A stretch of 64,000 nucleotides of DNA from an uncultured virus (IMG/VR IMGVR_UViG_3300042449_000787) (taxonomy: Duplodnaviria > Heunggongvirae > Uroviricota > Caudoviricetes). A program made the translations under genes and the position numbers. Below, one piece after another: positions 17,690-27,769 of the stretch. The notes under the pieces are model-generated. The model had not been told where the DNA came from. It did not search any database and was given only the letters and a program-made list of their open reading frames with translations. Positions within the stretch are counted from its first letter, which is position 1. Each line of letters begins with the position of its first letter. Location: IMG/VR virus record IMGVR_UViG_3300042449_000787; one strand, given 5' to 3'.

Positions 17690-18910
17690 ATGGCAAGACC
17701 AAAGATTTCAACAGAAAAAGTATTATCAATTTTAATTGATGCTAAAAATGAAATGGAGTTAGGTACATTCAACTCAGTTTTATTTACTAACAATAACAGT
17801 GCTTGGAGTATTTTAAGACCTATATTGATGCAAAAAGGAATAATAAAAAAAGTTAACAATAAATATAAATGGATTAGCATCAATCCTAATGTTTATATGG
17901 CTAAAGAATTATATACAGCTTTTATACAAAAAAGAAATTTATACCCATCATCAATTATTAAACGAGAAGTTTCAATTTTAAAACGTAATAATATAAATTC
18001 TAAAGAAAAAAAACCTCTTACTCCAGAAAAAATATTAGACATATTGATTTTAGCTAAAGAACAAATGGATTTAGGAATAATGAATAGAGCTGTTTTTTAC
18101 GCAAATCATCCTCAGTGGGCGAGTATAAATTCAATATTAATTCGTCATGGAGTTATAAGAAAGGAATATGATAAATATAGATGGTTAGCATCCGCACCAG
18201 ATTTAAAAATGGCAAAAGGAGTTATAACTAACATAAAATACAAGTCGAATGAATCTCGTCTTAAAAAGAAAAATTATTCTAGGGAAACGATTGATAAAGT
18301 TTTGAAAAAATATAATATTTCACTTTTTGATTCAGTAGAACATGAATTAGATGAATTAAAAAAAGAATCTACTAAATCTAATTATGATGTAAATGATATG
18401 GAATTATTTTTTGATGATAAATCAAAAAAAGGATATATAGCTACGGATAGCTTTTCTGATAAGATTTACACACTATATGACAAACCAAATAATCCTCAAC
18501 CTGAAGTCAGTATTAATCCTTCAGAAGAGTGTTATAGATTAGCAAAAATTATTTCCGAGAATGAAGAGCTAATAAATATTCAAAAAGAAACAATAGCAAA
18601 GCAAACTGAAAAACTGTCTGAACAAGAAAAATATATTACTGAAACAAATAAAGTAATGCGTAGTTATTTAGACGATATTGATATTTTAGAAAAAGAGTTT
18701 GTTGAATTGAAAAGAAGCATAGGGGCTTATAGAGAAGAGAGAGATGAATTATATGGAATAATGGAAAATGATAAACAAAATATAGATACCTTAGAAAAAG
18801 ATATTATTGACCTTAAAGAAAACATCAAAAATCAAAACAATCTTTACATCAAGCCAAATTCTAAAAAAATAAAATTCTTTGGAATACCAGTTTATTCAGT
18901 AGAATATTAA
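17690..18910 (+). CDS. protein with two repeated N-terminal domains (EKVLSIL..AK.. KYKW) and a C-terminal coiled coil
   Basis: Internal duplication visible in translation. Confidence 0.65.
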   Translation: MARPKISTEKVLSILIDAKNEMELGTFNSVLFTNNNSAWSILRPILMQKGIIKKVNNKYKWISINPNVYMAKELYTAFIQKRNLYPSSIIKREVSILKRNNINSKEKKPLTPEKILDILILAKEQMDLGIMNRAVFYANHPQWASINSILIRHGVIRKEYDKYRWLASAPDLKMAKGVITNIKYKSNESRLKKKNYSRETIDKVLKKYNISLFDSVEHELDELKKESTKSNYDVNDMELFFDDKSKKGYIATDSFSDKIYTLYDKPNNPQPEVSINPSEECYRLAKIISENEELINIQKETIAKQTEKLSEQEKYITETNKVMRSYLDDIDILEKEFVELKRSIGAYREERDELYGIMENDKQNIDTLEKDIIDLKENIKNQNNLYIKPNSKKIKFFGIPVYSVEY

Positions 18911-18950
18911 TAGATTTGTAGAAAATATGTTTACGGGCATATTTTTTCAT

Positions 18951-19021
18951 TGGCTTATGGTGTAACGGTAACACAACTGTTTTTGGTGCAGTCTTTCTAG
19001 GTTCGAATCCTTGTAAGCCAA
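18951..19021 (+). tRNA. trnQ: tRNA-Gln (UUG), CCA not encoded
   Basis: Acceptor TGGCTTA/TAAGCCA, anticodon loop TTTTGGT, T-loop GGTTCGAATCC. Confidence 0.93.
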
Positions 19022-19045
19022 CTAAATTAAACTTAAACAACAAAT

Positions 19046-20329
19046 ATGGAAAAATCTAAATTAAAAGCAGTCAAAGGGAAAAGTAATGTTCAAAAATCAC
19101 TATTGCTTTACGCTGACTTTGGATGTACTACTGGCTTTGCAAATGTAGCTAAGTCACTTGTTGACGAATGGAAGAAAGATAAAAACCTAAGCATTGTTAT
19201 CTTTGCAATAAACGATAAAAGCCCTAAGATTTATGATTACGCACCTAATGTAAAAGTAATACCTTCTCTTATAATTGGAAATGGAAGCACTGATGTATAT
19301 AGGAGAATTGAACTTCTTAATTTGATTTATCAAAACGACTTTGATGTAATATTTATGCTTAACGATGTTGAGGTAATCAATGCTATGCACCCAAACTTAA
19401 AGGAAGTAAAAAATAAAAAGAGAGAGGAAAATAGACCTAACTTTAAATCAATTATTTATTTTCCAATAGATAGTGAGCCAAGAATGGCAGACTTAAAAGT
19501 ACTTGACTTTTTTGACGAGGTAATTACTTATACAGAATACGCCAAGTCAGTAATGAAACCATTGCTTTCAGATACCCAATTCAAAAAGATTAAGGTAATA
19601 CCACATGGTACGAATACAGACGATTTCTACCCTTACAAGCAAAAAGCAAAGCTTGACGCTAAAGTAGAAATTTTCGGAAGCGAAGATGTTTTTGTCTTTG
19701 GTAGCGTTAACAGAAATCAGGTAAGAAAGGATATGGGGGCTTTAATTATCGGATTCGCTATGTTCAAGCATACAAGTCAAGCAAATGCCGTGCTTTACCT
19801 GCACTGTAACCCAATCGACCCTATGGGTATTAACATTCCTAGACTATGCGATAGGGTTGGTCTTGAAATAGGTAAAGATGTTATAATTCCTAAAGATTTT
19901 TCAGAAAACAACGGAACTAGCATTGAAGAGTTAAATAAGATATACAACTCTTTTGACTGCTTTATAACCACTACAACATCCGAAGGTTGGGGATTGACTA
20001 TAACAGAAGCTATGGCTACTAAAACGCTTGTGGTTTGCCCAAAACACACTTCTATTACAGAAATAACCAATAATGGCGAAAATAGCTTAAACTTTATGTT
20101 TAGTCAACAAGCGGTGTTTGTAAACGACTTTGAGAAAATAAGGTTTGTAACTAATCCAATGGAAGTTAAAACGATACTAGAGGTTGTATTGAATCTTAAA
20201 AATGAAGAACCAGATGTGCAGTTAATAGTGAAGAAAAAAATAGAAGATGCTTACGAAAAAGTTTCAGCAATGAAATGGGATGGAATAGCAAAAAGATTTA
20301 AAACAATTATCGATAAATTAGCGAAATAA
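19046..20329 (+). CDS. GT-B glycosyltransferase (family 4-like)
   Basis: TGFANV, IPHG, VNRNQVRK, EGWGLTITEAMA (EX7E). Confidence 0.88.
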   Translation: MEKSKLKAVKGKSNVQKSLLLYADFGCTTGFANVAKSLVDEWKKDKNLSIVIFAINDKSPKIYDYAPNVKVIPSLIIGNGSTDVYRRIELLNLIYQNDFDVIFMLNDVEVINAMHPNLKEVKNKKREENRPNFKSIIYFPIDSEPRMADLKVLDFFDEVITYTEYAKSVMKPLLSDTQFKKIKVIPHGTNTDDFYPYKQKAKLDAKVEIFGSEDVFVFGSVNRNQVRKDMGALIIGFAMFKHTSQANAVLYLHCNPIDPMGINIPRLCDRVGLEIGKDVIIPKDFSENNGTSIEELNKIYNSFDCFITTTTSEGWGLTITEAMATKTLVVCPKHTSITEITNNGENSLNFMFSQQAVFVNDFEKIRFVTNPMEVKTILEVVLNLKNEEPDVQLIVKKKIEDAYEKVSAMKWDGIAKRFKTIIDKLAK

Positions 20330-20397
20330 AAAAAACTGCGTTAATGGCAAGTAGTGTGTTTTTTAGGAGGATTGAATTAGTTTTTAGCATTAGCGCA

Positions 20398-20432
20398 AAA
20401 AAAAAGCCACTCTAATCGGGTGGCTATTTTTT
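20398..20432. terminator. bidirectional intrinsic terminator
   Basis: A-tract, AGCCAC/GTGGCT stem, T-tract between convergent genes. Confidence 0.7.
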
Positions 20433-20453
20433 CTCCTTTCTTTAAGATTACAA

Positions 20454-20567
20454 TTATTTACTGTAAGCTTTCCAAACTAAATAGGCAATACCAGCCAAAG
20501 CTAATGTATTGTGGACATTTACGCCACCTAGATATTTCGGAGATTTGATGTTTAATAAATCACCCAT
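20454..20567 (-). CDS. 37-aa membrane peptide (MGDLLNIKSPKYLGGVNVHNTLALAGIAYLVWKAYSK)
   Basis: Read manually; A-rich leader, own TATATTTG promoter (20602-20609, minus strand) and terminator. Confidence 0.65.
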   Translation of the reverse strand: MGDLLNIKSPKYLGGVNVHNTLALAGIAYLVWKAYSK

Positions 20568-20723
20568 TTTTTTTTTAATTTTAAATTAATATTAATTCAA
20601 GCAAATATATAAAAAAAATAAAAGGTATTACATTTAATGTAAAAATTAAATGAAATCTACAAAAAAATAAAGTTACACTTTAATCGCAAAGAAACTTAAA
20701 ATAATTATTATAAATAATATATT

Positions 20724-20754
20724 TTTGTAGTGTCATTTGAATTATTTATATTTG
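20724..20754 (+). promoter_or_regulatory. Bacteroidota-type promoter (TTTG-19nt-TATATTTG)
   Basis: Consensus match; implies the giant ORF starts at ATG 20775. Confidence 0.65.
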
Positions 20755-20774
20755 CTACTTATGTTAAAAAAACT

Positions 20775-23700
20775 ATGAATAAAGAGAAATTAACTGAAAA
20801 TAAAGCCGAAGCAACTCCAAGCGGAGGTGTGCTTATAGGCAAGAGGGAAGGTCAAACCATGATTCACAGCAAAGGCTCCTTATCTGGATATTTGGTTGGT
20901 AGAACTCATGCGGAAGGCGGAATAAAGGCTATCAATAAATCTACTGGACAGCCATTGGAAATGCAGGGAGGCGAGGTGGTTATAACAGCACCAGCCGTTA
21001 GCGATACTACAAAAAGGGAATTTGAAGGTAGGATGATGACAAATAGGGAAATTTTGTCTGAAATAAATGAAAACGGAGGTGGTGTTTCATTTGCCTATGG
21101 CGGTAATATACCTACTGAAATGCACTTTAGCGGTAATTCCTATAAGTATGGAGGTAAAACTGTTTCAGACCATGATATAGCTTATGAAATAAGTATTTGT
21201 GGTTGTGAGCATGATATTTTAGGCGATGGTGGTAAAATAGGAGATATGCCTACTTCTATCAAAAAGAAAGTCTTTACCCCAGACGGTGAGAGAAAAATTA
21301 CTCCAGTTGCAATTTCTATATTGACAAACTATGTGAACTCTTTACCTCAAACAAAGGAACTTAATACCGATTCAAAAGGCAACTACACAAAAGAAAGACA
21401 AGAGCTTCATAAAAAAATAATCAATGAATTTAAGGATGAATTAGTTTGTATTCAAAAAGAAGAGCCTATTGCTATTTTAATGGGTGGTTCACCTGCAAGT
21501 GGTAAAAGCACATTTTTAAGAAAATATGCGCCTTATTTACTTGAAGAAGAAATATTAAAAGTAGATGCTGATGAAATTAGAGCTATGTTGCCAGAATACA
21601 AAGGCTACAACGCTACTCAAACTCATCTTGAAACAAAAGATATTGTCAATACGCTACTAAGCGACAAAACTATTGGTATTCCTTGTAAATACGATATAAT
21701 TTATGATGGAACAATGAATAGTACCAAAAGCTACTTGCCTTTGATTGCTTTGCTAAAATCTTTGGGCTATAAGATTTTTATAGTTTACATAGATAATGTG
21801 CCAGAAGAGGTTGTAAAGAAAAGAGCCTTGGAAAGATATAAAAAAAGCGGAAGGTTTGTTCCAATGGAAGTTATTGACGATTTTTATGGAAAAGGAAAAG
21901 TCGCACTAGAAGAATTAAAATTAAAATCCGATGGGTACATGATAATCGATGGCTCAAGTGGAGATTATAACATTTTAGAAAAAAAGGGTCTTAGGCTACC
22001 AAAAAAGAGGTTGTATTCAAAGCTAGGAGAGCCTATATCTAAACTAGAGCAGTTGGTTCATGGTGGTCATTTGTCAAAAGGTATGTCTTTAAAACAAATT
22101 GCTAAAATGCACGGGGTATCTTTTCTCAAATTGAATAGACAAGTAAAGATGGGATTAAATGCCGAGAGTGAGCATACTCCTAAAGTTACAGAACAAATGA
22201 AGATTGTAAAAGACCACTTGTACGAAAATCCTAATTATTATACGTTACTTAAAGAAGCAGGTTTAGAAAAAGGAGGAAGTTTAAACGGTATTTCCGATTT
22301 GAGTCAAAAAGATTTACAATTATATGACAGAGCTTCTAATGTTAGACCGAGAGATGTAAATCAAAACAATCGGTATCATAGTTATTTAGGATTAAGTGTT
22401 TACACTACTTCTGAAAATAGAAATAATATTTTTATAGAAAATGTAGATAAAGTTTTTCATAACGTAGATGATGCTGAAAAATATATCGAAGGTAACGACA
22501 TGGAAGAATCTAAAATTCCTTTTTGGATAGGTACAGAAAAAAGATATTATGAATTATATCCAGAAAAAAAAGGTCTTTATAAAAAAGGTGGTGAAGTTGA
22601 TTATGTAACTTATAAAGATAAATACAACAAAAAATATAATTACGATAAAAACACTTCTCACGATTTAGATGAAATTTCGAAAGATACTGGAGTTTCGCTA
22701 AAAGGTTTACAGCAAATTTACAATAAGGGAATAGGTGCATATAAAACTAATCCTTCAAGCGTAAGACCTAATGTAAAGTCAAAAGAGCAATGGGCAATGG
22801 CTAGGGTGTATAGTGCAGTAATGGGTGGTAAAGCATCAGAAGTAGATTCTAATGAATTAAAAATGAACTATGGTGGAAGATTTCGTAAAGACAACCTTGT
22901 AAAAGATGCCGAAAATGGAAACACACCAGCAAGAGACTTTAATAACTATAACGATGTTATGGATATTCACGCAGATGGAGCTGTTGGTGGGGATAGTGGT
23001 ATTTTTGCAAACGGAGGTGCTTTAGGAACTTCGGGATTGCCTTTGGTTGATTATATTGAAATAACATCTTCTGGAAGTAGCCTTGTTAATATTGTTGGAG
23101 TTCAGGCTGATAACTTTGAAAGTTTTAAAAATATTGTTTTTGGAGAGTATAAATTGACACAAAAACCTAGAAGTTTTGTAAATATTCAAGCGTATGACTC
23201 GGAAGGTAATAAATTGACAAGTGCTAGTTCAGAAATTTCAGACCAAAAAAATACCGTAAAGAACTTTAATCCTTACACTGGCAAGCCTTCGGATTTAGCA
23301 AAGTCATTCGCTAAATCAAGACCAATCAACTTCAAAAAATACGATTGGAGTGAGTGGTTTTCAGGCAAGAAATCAATGCCTAGTAAACAAGCTTCTGCAA
23401 CTTCTAATTTAGTTACTGGTATTTATATTTCATACACTAACCCAACAAATAATAGTCTTAGCTCCTTTACCGTTGACAATGCTAGTGAGTTCTTATACAC
23501 TTTGCTAAACTTGTATAGAAATTCAATTACAAAAATAGATTATAGAATTATTGTAAATGGTAATATTTTAGAAGAAACTATTTCTGATTTAAAGTTAAAT
23601 GATGACGTAACTGATAATTGGAGATTGAACTCTAACACAATAAATCCTAAAGTAGCTACTCTTGATGATGTTGCATATAGGTTAGAAAAAGAAAATTCTT

Positions 23701-26531
23701 TTTTTGATTTTACAAATTTTATGAAAAGTGGTGGTCTTAATGCAATTGGTCAACCTACTAACACATCAACGGTTTTAAGCGAGGTACAAAAAAATATTTC
23801 AAGAGATAACAAAATAACAGAAATTGTTTTATATAATTCTGTAAGTAAAAGAAATAGCACATATTCTAATTTGCGAAGTCTTTATATGGAAATTAGAGAT
23901 ATTGCTAGTTTAGTCAACGGGGCTACATTAGACGACTTTATTTCATTTAATTTTATTAATGGGGATGGGTATAAAATAAGTGAAACTAGGAGTATTTTTC
24001 ATGGAAATTCCTATGACGCTCTATTTGTAAACGATGTGATTACTCAAAATGAATTTTTTAGAGCGATTTTTAAAAACTTTCCAGAATTAGAGTTCCGTAA
24101 GACACTTACTGAAGATTCGGAAAGAGAGGTTTATGAAGATTTCAAAAAAACTGCTCAATCTACTATTTCTACTGGAGCAAATACTGCCACATCAACATCG
24201 GGTTTGATTGAAATACCAGATTCAAAAAATAATTTTGACGGAAAAGTTTTAAGTCTACCTAGTCCAATATTAGAATTGCTTTCTGTTAGGATAAGAGAAC
24301 AAAATTTAGGTAATATATCTAAAATTTTTGACATGCCTATTGAGGAAATAAAAGATGATAATAAAAAGATTTTTAGTTTTGAAAATTCCGTTGATGGATT
24401 TAGTTTTTGGTCTAATATATCTCAAGGGGATTTTACTGAATTTAAGCAAAAATATGGTAAGTACGGTGAGAAAGTAAAAGATATTATCACAACGGCTCAA
24501 CCTATTGCAAGTAGCAAGTTTACTTCTGCCGAAATTAAATTGTTTGAGGCAATTGATGATATTGTATTAGAAAATAGTTTAAAAAATGTAGAAATACCAA
24601 TTTTTGAATGGAACTCTACTGGTGCAAAAGATTATGATTTAGTAAACGAAGATACTGGTGAAGTTTTTAAACTTCGTTCTTTTGGAGCAGTATTAGGACT
24701 TCAAAATGGAGATATAAATTTAACAAAATCATTAGCTTTATTGAAAGATTATTTAGATTGGAAAAAAGGAGGTAGTTCAACTGCAACTACAAGTGTATCT
24801 AAAACACTGTCTAAAGAAGATTTAGAAGATATAAAAATTAAAATTAATTCCGACTTTGATTTAGCATTAAAAATAGTTCAAAAATTAGAACAAGTTGGTT
24901 TTACCAATACTAGTGGAATAAAAAGAAAAATAGAAAATAAGGAACAATTCCATTCAATTTGGCGTGGTACTGGTAATTATGTAGGATGGTTTATAGATGA
25001 AGATAATTTTAATGATTCTGACAAAAAAGAAATATTTCCTTCCGACATAGGAATAGGTAGTAGTACTGCAACGGCTCAACCTAGTTCAAGTAAATATCCT
25101 ACTATTAATTATCCAACCCAATTAGAACAGACTAAAATTTGGATTGGCGATAATCCTGAACTTTCAAAAAGAGTTCAAGAGAGAGCAATGGAACTTGGAT
25201 GGGATTGGTGGAGTGGAGATAAAAAGCCTCAAAATTTAGATTTCTCATGTTTATTTTTTGATGTTGGACAAAAAATAACTGGTAGTGAGACTAGGGTAGG
25301 TTTTGATTCATTTCAAGATTATAAAGAAATATTTGAATCTGATTTATTTGGTAGCGTAACAACGGCTACACAAAATCAACCTACTGCACCTTTAACGGAG
25401 GAGCAAAAAATAGCTAGTGAGTTTGTAGCTGATGATTCTGTATTGCGCAGAAACGATATATTAGGTAGTGCAAGTCTTCGACAAGAAAGAAATGATTTAG
25501 ATGCCTTAGCTAAACTATTGCCATCGTTTCAACAATCAAAGTTTTCAGTTGAAAAAGCTAGTATTTTAAAAGAAATGGCTAGGATTCAAAAGAAGTTAGA
25601 CTATAAAGGGTTTATTGCTTCTAACGAGGAAGTTTCTAAAGGTAAAGACTTATTTACGCCACAAGGATTGCTAAATTATTACTTTACTCAAGCAACTCAA
25701 AATCCTACTGCTGAATTACAGCCACCGTGTGAATTACCAACTCCTAATGGAGGTAAAAGTAAATTGCCTTTGGTAGCGTATTTGAATGTAAGAAGTACAC
25801 AATTTAAAAAATGGTTCGGTGATTGGGAAAAAGCCTATGAAACCGATAACTATGTTAATTGTTCAAAAATGATTGACGAGGAAACTAAAGAGCCAAAGAT
25901 ATTTTATCATGGTGTTAGGAAGTATATTCCTAGCTTTGGTCAAATGAGTAATATGGGTGTTGGTGTAGTTAGACCTTATGGTTCTTTTGAGCCACCAAAC
26001 TTCCCTGCTTCTTACTTTGCCGACAATGAAAGCTATGCTAATTTCTATGGCGGTATTGCAGAAAATATGCCGAAACCATCTGAAGGGTATAAGCCTTTCA
26101 TTTATAAAGTATTTTTGTGCATTAAAAATCCAATTTCATTACTACCTTTAGATTTTGAAATTAGTTATAAGGATTTGATTGATTATGTTTTAGTTGCTTA
26201 TGGTATAAGGCTAAATGTGAATAGCGTTCTATTGAAACAATTAGGTGAAGACATGGATAAAAAACATCCTATATGGATATATGTCCGTAGAGACATAGGA
26301 TTAATAGAAACTTTAAAAGATTACGGTTATGATGCTTTAATTCAACAAGGCGATATACCCGTTTTCGACAAAAATGGAGAGGTAGTTTCAGATAGAAGTA
26401 AATTTATAAAAGATACGGAATATTTGTCTTTCTATCCTAATCAGGTTAAGAGTGCAACAGTTAAAAAGAGTTTCTATTTTAACTTTTTCAATGATATAAG
26501 ATTTAAAAAAGGCGGTTATGTTCGTATATAA
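20775..26531 (+). CDS. giant polyvalent protein (about 1918 aa): zeta-toxin-like P-loop kinase, DUF5661-like, DUF5824-like and C-terminal ART-PolyVal-like domains
   Basis: GGSPASGKS..DADEIR..YDGT; EHT..IVKDHLYENPNYY; IYNKGIGAY..QWAMARVYS; QFKKWFGDWE..EPKIFYHG..YFA. Confidence 0.8.
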   Translation: MNKEKLTENKAEATPSGGVLIGKREGQTMIHSKGSLSGYLVGRTHAEGGIKAINKSTGQPLEMQGGEVVITAPAVSDTTKREFEGRMMTNREILSEINENGGGVSFAYGGNIPTEMHFSGNSYKYGGKTVSDHDIAYEISICGCEHDILGDGGKIGDMPTSIKKKVFTPDGERKITPVAISILTNYVNSLPQTKELNTDSKGNYTKERQELHKKIINEFKDELVCIQKEEPIAILMGGSPASGKSTFLRKYAPYLLEEEILKVDADEIRAMLPEYKGYNATQTHLETKDIVNTLLSDKTIGIPCKYDIIYDGTMNSTKSYLPLIALLKSLGYKIFIVYIDNVPEEVVKKRALERYKKSGRFVPMEVIDDFYGKGKVALEELKLKSDGYMIIDGSSGDYNILEKKGLRLPKKRLYSKLGEPISKLEQLVHGGHLSKGMSLKQIAKMHGVSFLKLNRQVKMGLNAESEHTPKVTEQMKIVKDHLYENPNYYTLLKEAGLEKGGSLNGISDLSQKDLQLYDRASNVRPRDVNQNNRYHSYLGLSVYTTSENRNNIFIENVDKVFHNVDDAEKYIEGNDMEESKIPFWIGTEKRYYELYPEKKGLYKKGGEVDYVTYKDKYNKKYNYDKNTSHDLDEISKDTGVSLKGLQQIYNKGIGAYKTNPSSVRPNVKSKEQWAMARVYSAVMGGKASEVDSNELKMNYGGRFRKDNLVKDAENGNTPARDFNNYNDVMDIHADGAVGGDSGIFANGGALGTSGLPLVDYIEITSSGSSLVNIVGVQADNFESFKNIVFGEYKLTQKPRSFVNIQAYDSEGNKLTSASSEISDQKNTVKNFNPYTGKPSDLAKSFAKSRPINFKKYDWSEWFSGKKSMPSKQASATSNLVTGIYISYTNPTNNSLSSFTVDNASEFLYTLLNLYRNSITKIDYRIIVNGNILEETISDLKLNDDVTDNWRLNSNTINPKVATLDDVAYRLEKENSFFDFTNFMKSGGLNAIGQPTNTSTVLSEVQKNISRDNKITEIVLYNSVSKRNSTYSNLRSLYMEIRDIASLVNGATLDDFISFNFINGDGYKISETRSIFHGNSYDALFVNDVITQNEFFRAIFKNFPELEFRKTLTEDSEREVYEDFKKTAQSTISTGANTATSTSGLIEIPDSKNNFDGKVLSLPSPILELLSVRIREQNLGNISKIFDMPIEEIKDDNKKIFSFENSVDGFSFWSNISQGDFTEFKQKYGKYGEKVKDIITTAQPIASSKFTSAEIKLFEAIDDIVLENSLKNVEIPIFEWNSTGAKDYDLVNEDTGEVFKLRSFGAVLGLQNGDINLTKSLALLKDYLDWKKGGSSTATTSVSKTLSKEDLEDIKIKINSDFDLALKIVQKLEQVGFTNTSGIKRKIENKEQFHSIWRGTGNYVGWFIDEDNFNDSDKKEIFPSDIGIGSSTATAQPSSSKYPTINYPTQLEQTKIWIGDNPELSKRVQERAMELGWDWWSGDKKPQNLDFSCLFFDVGQKITGSETRVGFDSFQDYKEIFESDLFGSVTTATQNQPTAPLTEEQKIASEFVADDSVLRRNDILGSASLRQERNDLDALAKLLPSFQQSKFSVEKASILKEMARIQKKLDYKGFIASNEEVSKGKDLFTPQGLLNYYFTQATQNPTAELQPPCELPTPNGGKSKLPLVAYLNVRSTQFKKWFGDWEKAYETDNYVNCSKMIDEETKEPKIFYHGVRKYIPSFGQMSNMGVGVVRPYGSFEPPNFPASYFADNESYANFYGGIAENMPKPSEGYKPFIYKVFLCIKNPISLLPLDFEISYKDLIDYVLVAYGIRLNVNSVLLKQLGEDMDKKHPIWIYVRRDIGLIETLKDYGYDALIQQGDIPVFDKNGEVVSDRSKFIKDTEYLSFYPNQVKSATVKKSFYFNFFNDIRFKKGGYVRI

Positions 26532-27768
26532 TAGTGGTAAATTAGTTGAAAATCCTACACCCATTTCTAGTACAGAGTTTATCTACAGATTAACTCACAC
26601 TACTAGTGGAATGAATATAGAGGTTTATGTAAATACAGAAATTGAGAACAGCGACAAGCCTTATAAGGTTTATCGTGAGGAGAATGGTGTGTACACTGTT
26701 TACGAAGAGTTCTACCGAAAAGGCAAAACAACAAAAGAAAATTTCGAGGATGCTATTCTCTACTTTGAAGACAATATCTACAAAGCAATGAAAGAAGTTG
26801 CCCCAACTGAAGAAAGCATAAGACCTGATGATGAAGCTGTGAAACCAGAAACATTTAAAGAGGTTCCTATTGTTGGAGATATAATTCAAGTAGGTAAAAA
26901 CTACGGTATTGTGATAGATGTTAAAGATAATGAAGTGAGTGTTAAAAACTTGACAAAGGAAGAGGCTATGCGAATTTTGAAAAATCAACAAAATGCACAA
27001 ATAGCAACTTCTATTGAGGATGTAGAATTAGCTTTTGGTGGGGATTTAAAGCTTGAAGATGGAGGAACATTTTCTAAATTTTACGCTGATAAAGACAACA
27101 TAATAATTTTGAGGGTTAGCCCTCCAAAACCACAAGGAGGTACACCACCACCACAAGAGGGTGAGGAAGAGCCACCACAGCCACCAACGCCACAAGAGCC
27201 AATTCCAGAAAACGTGAAAAACCCTTTTGATGAAGCTCCTGAACAAGAAGAAGGGGGTAATCCTCCGCCACAAGAAGGTAATCCACCACCACAAGGAGGA
27301 GAGCAAGAGCCACCGCAAGAAGGCGAAGGAGAAGGCGAAGGAGAAGGCGAAGGAGAAGGCGAAGGAGAAGGCGAAGGAGAAGGCGAAGGAGAAGGCGAAG
27401 GAGAAGGCGAAGGAGAAGGCGAAGGAGAAGGCGATGGAGAAGGCGATGGAGAAGGCGATGGAGAAGAGCCAAAAGGCGGAAACGCAGAGGGCGATGATTT
27501 TGGAGATGAAAATGGTGAGCCTACAAAAACCTTAGAGGAACTAATGAGAGATATTCAAGAATCATTCGAAAAAGGACAAAGTGCTGATGATATTCAGTTG
27601 AAAAGCGATGTTGAAACTTTAGAAAGAGCTTTGGCTACTCCAAAAGATAGAATAAAAGAAACATTTAAAACCTTAGCTGTTGCCAAGTCAGCAATTGGAA
27701 GAACAAACATATTTGGCACAGACAACGAGAACAGATTAAATCAAACATTAAACGAAATATTCAAATAA
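26518..27768 (+). CDS. acidic protein with Pro/Gln-rich and (EG)n linker
   Basis: ORF overlapping the giant gene; low-complexity centre. Confidence 0.75.
   Translation: MFVYNSGKLVENPTPISSTEFIYRLTHTTSGMNIEVYVNTEIENSDKPYKVYREENGVYTVYEEFYRKGKTTKENFEDAILYFEDNIYKAMKEVAPTEESIRPDDEAVKPETFKEVPIVGDIIQVGKNYGIVIDVKDNEVSVKNLTKEEAMRILKNQQNAQIATSIEDVELAFGGDLKLEDGGTFSKFYADKDNIIILRVSPPKPQGGTPPPQEGEEEPPQPPTPQEPIPENVKNPFDEAPEQEEGGNPPPQEGNPPPQGGEQEPPQEGEGEGEGEGEGEGEGEGEGEGEGEGEGEGEGEGEGEGDGEGDGEGDGEEPKGGNAEGDDFGDENGEPTKTLEELMRDIQESFEKGQSADDIQLKSDVETLERALATPKDRIKETFKTLAVAKSAIGRTNIFGTDNENRLNQTLNEIFK
27319..27462 (+). repeat. 12-bp coding tandem repeat: 9x GAAGGCGAAGGA + 3x GAAGGCGATGGA
   Basis: Seen directly. 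Confidence 0.95.
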
Positions 27769-27769
27769 A

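Noticed and set aside
18861..19043. 60-aa minus ORF
   Set aside because: It is the antisense of tRNA-Gln.
20730..20774. GTG start at 20730 for the giant ORF
   Set aside because: It overlaps the predicted promoter; ATG 20775 is preferred.
27046..27535. ORFs 27046-, 27116- and 27227+ with LLLR/KAKE repeats
   Set aside because: Shadow frames of the (EG)n repeat in 26518..27768.
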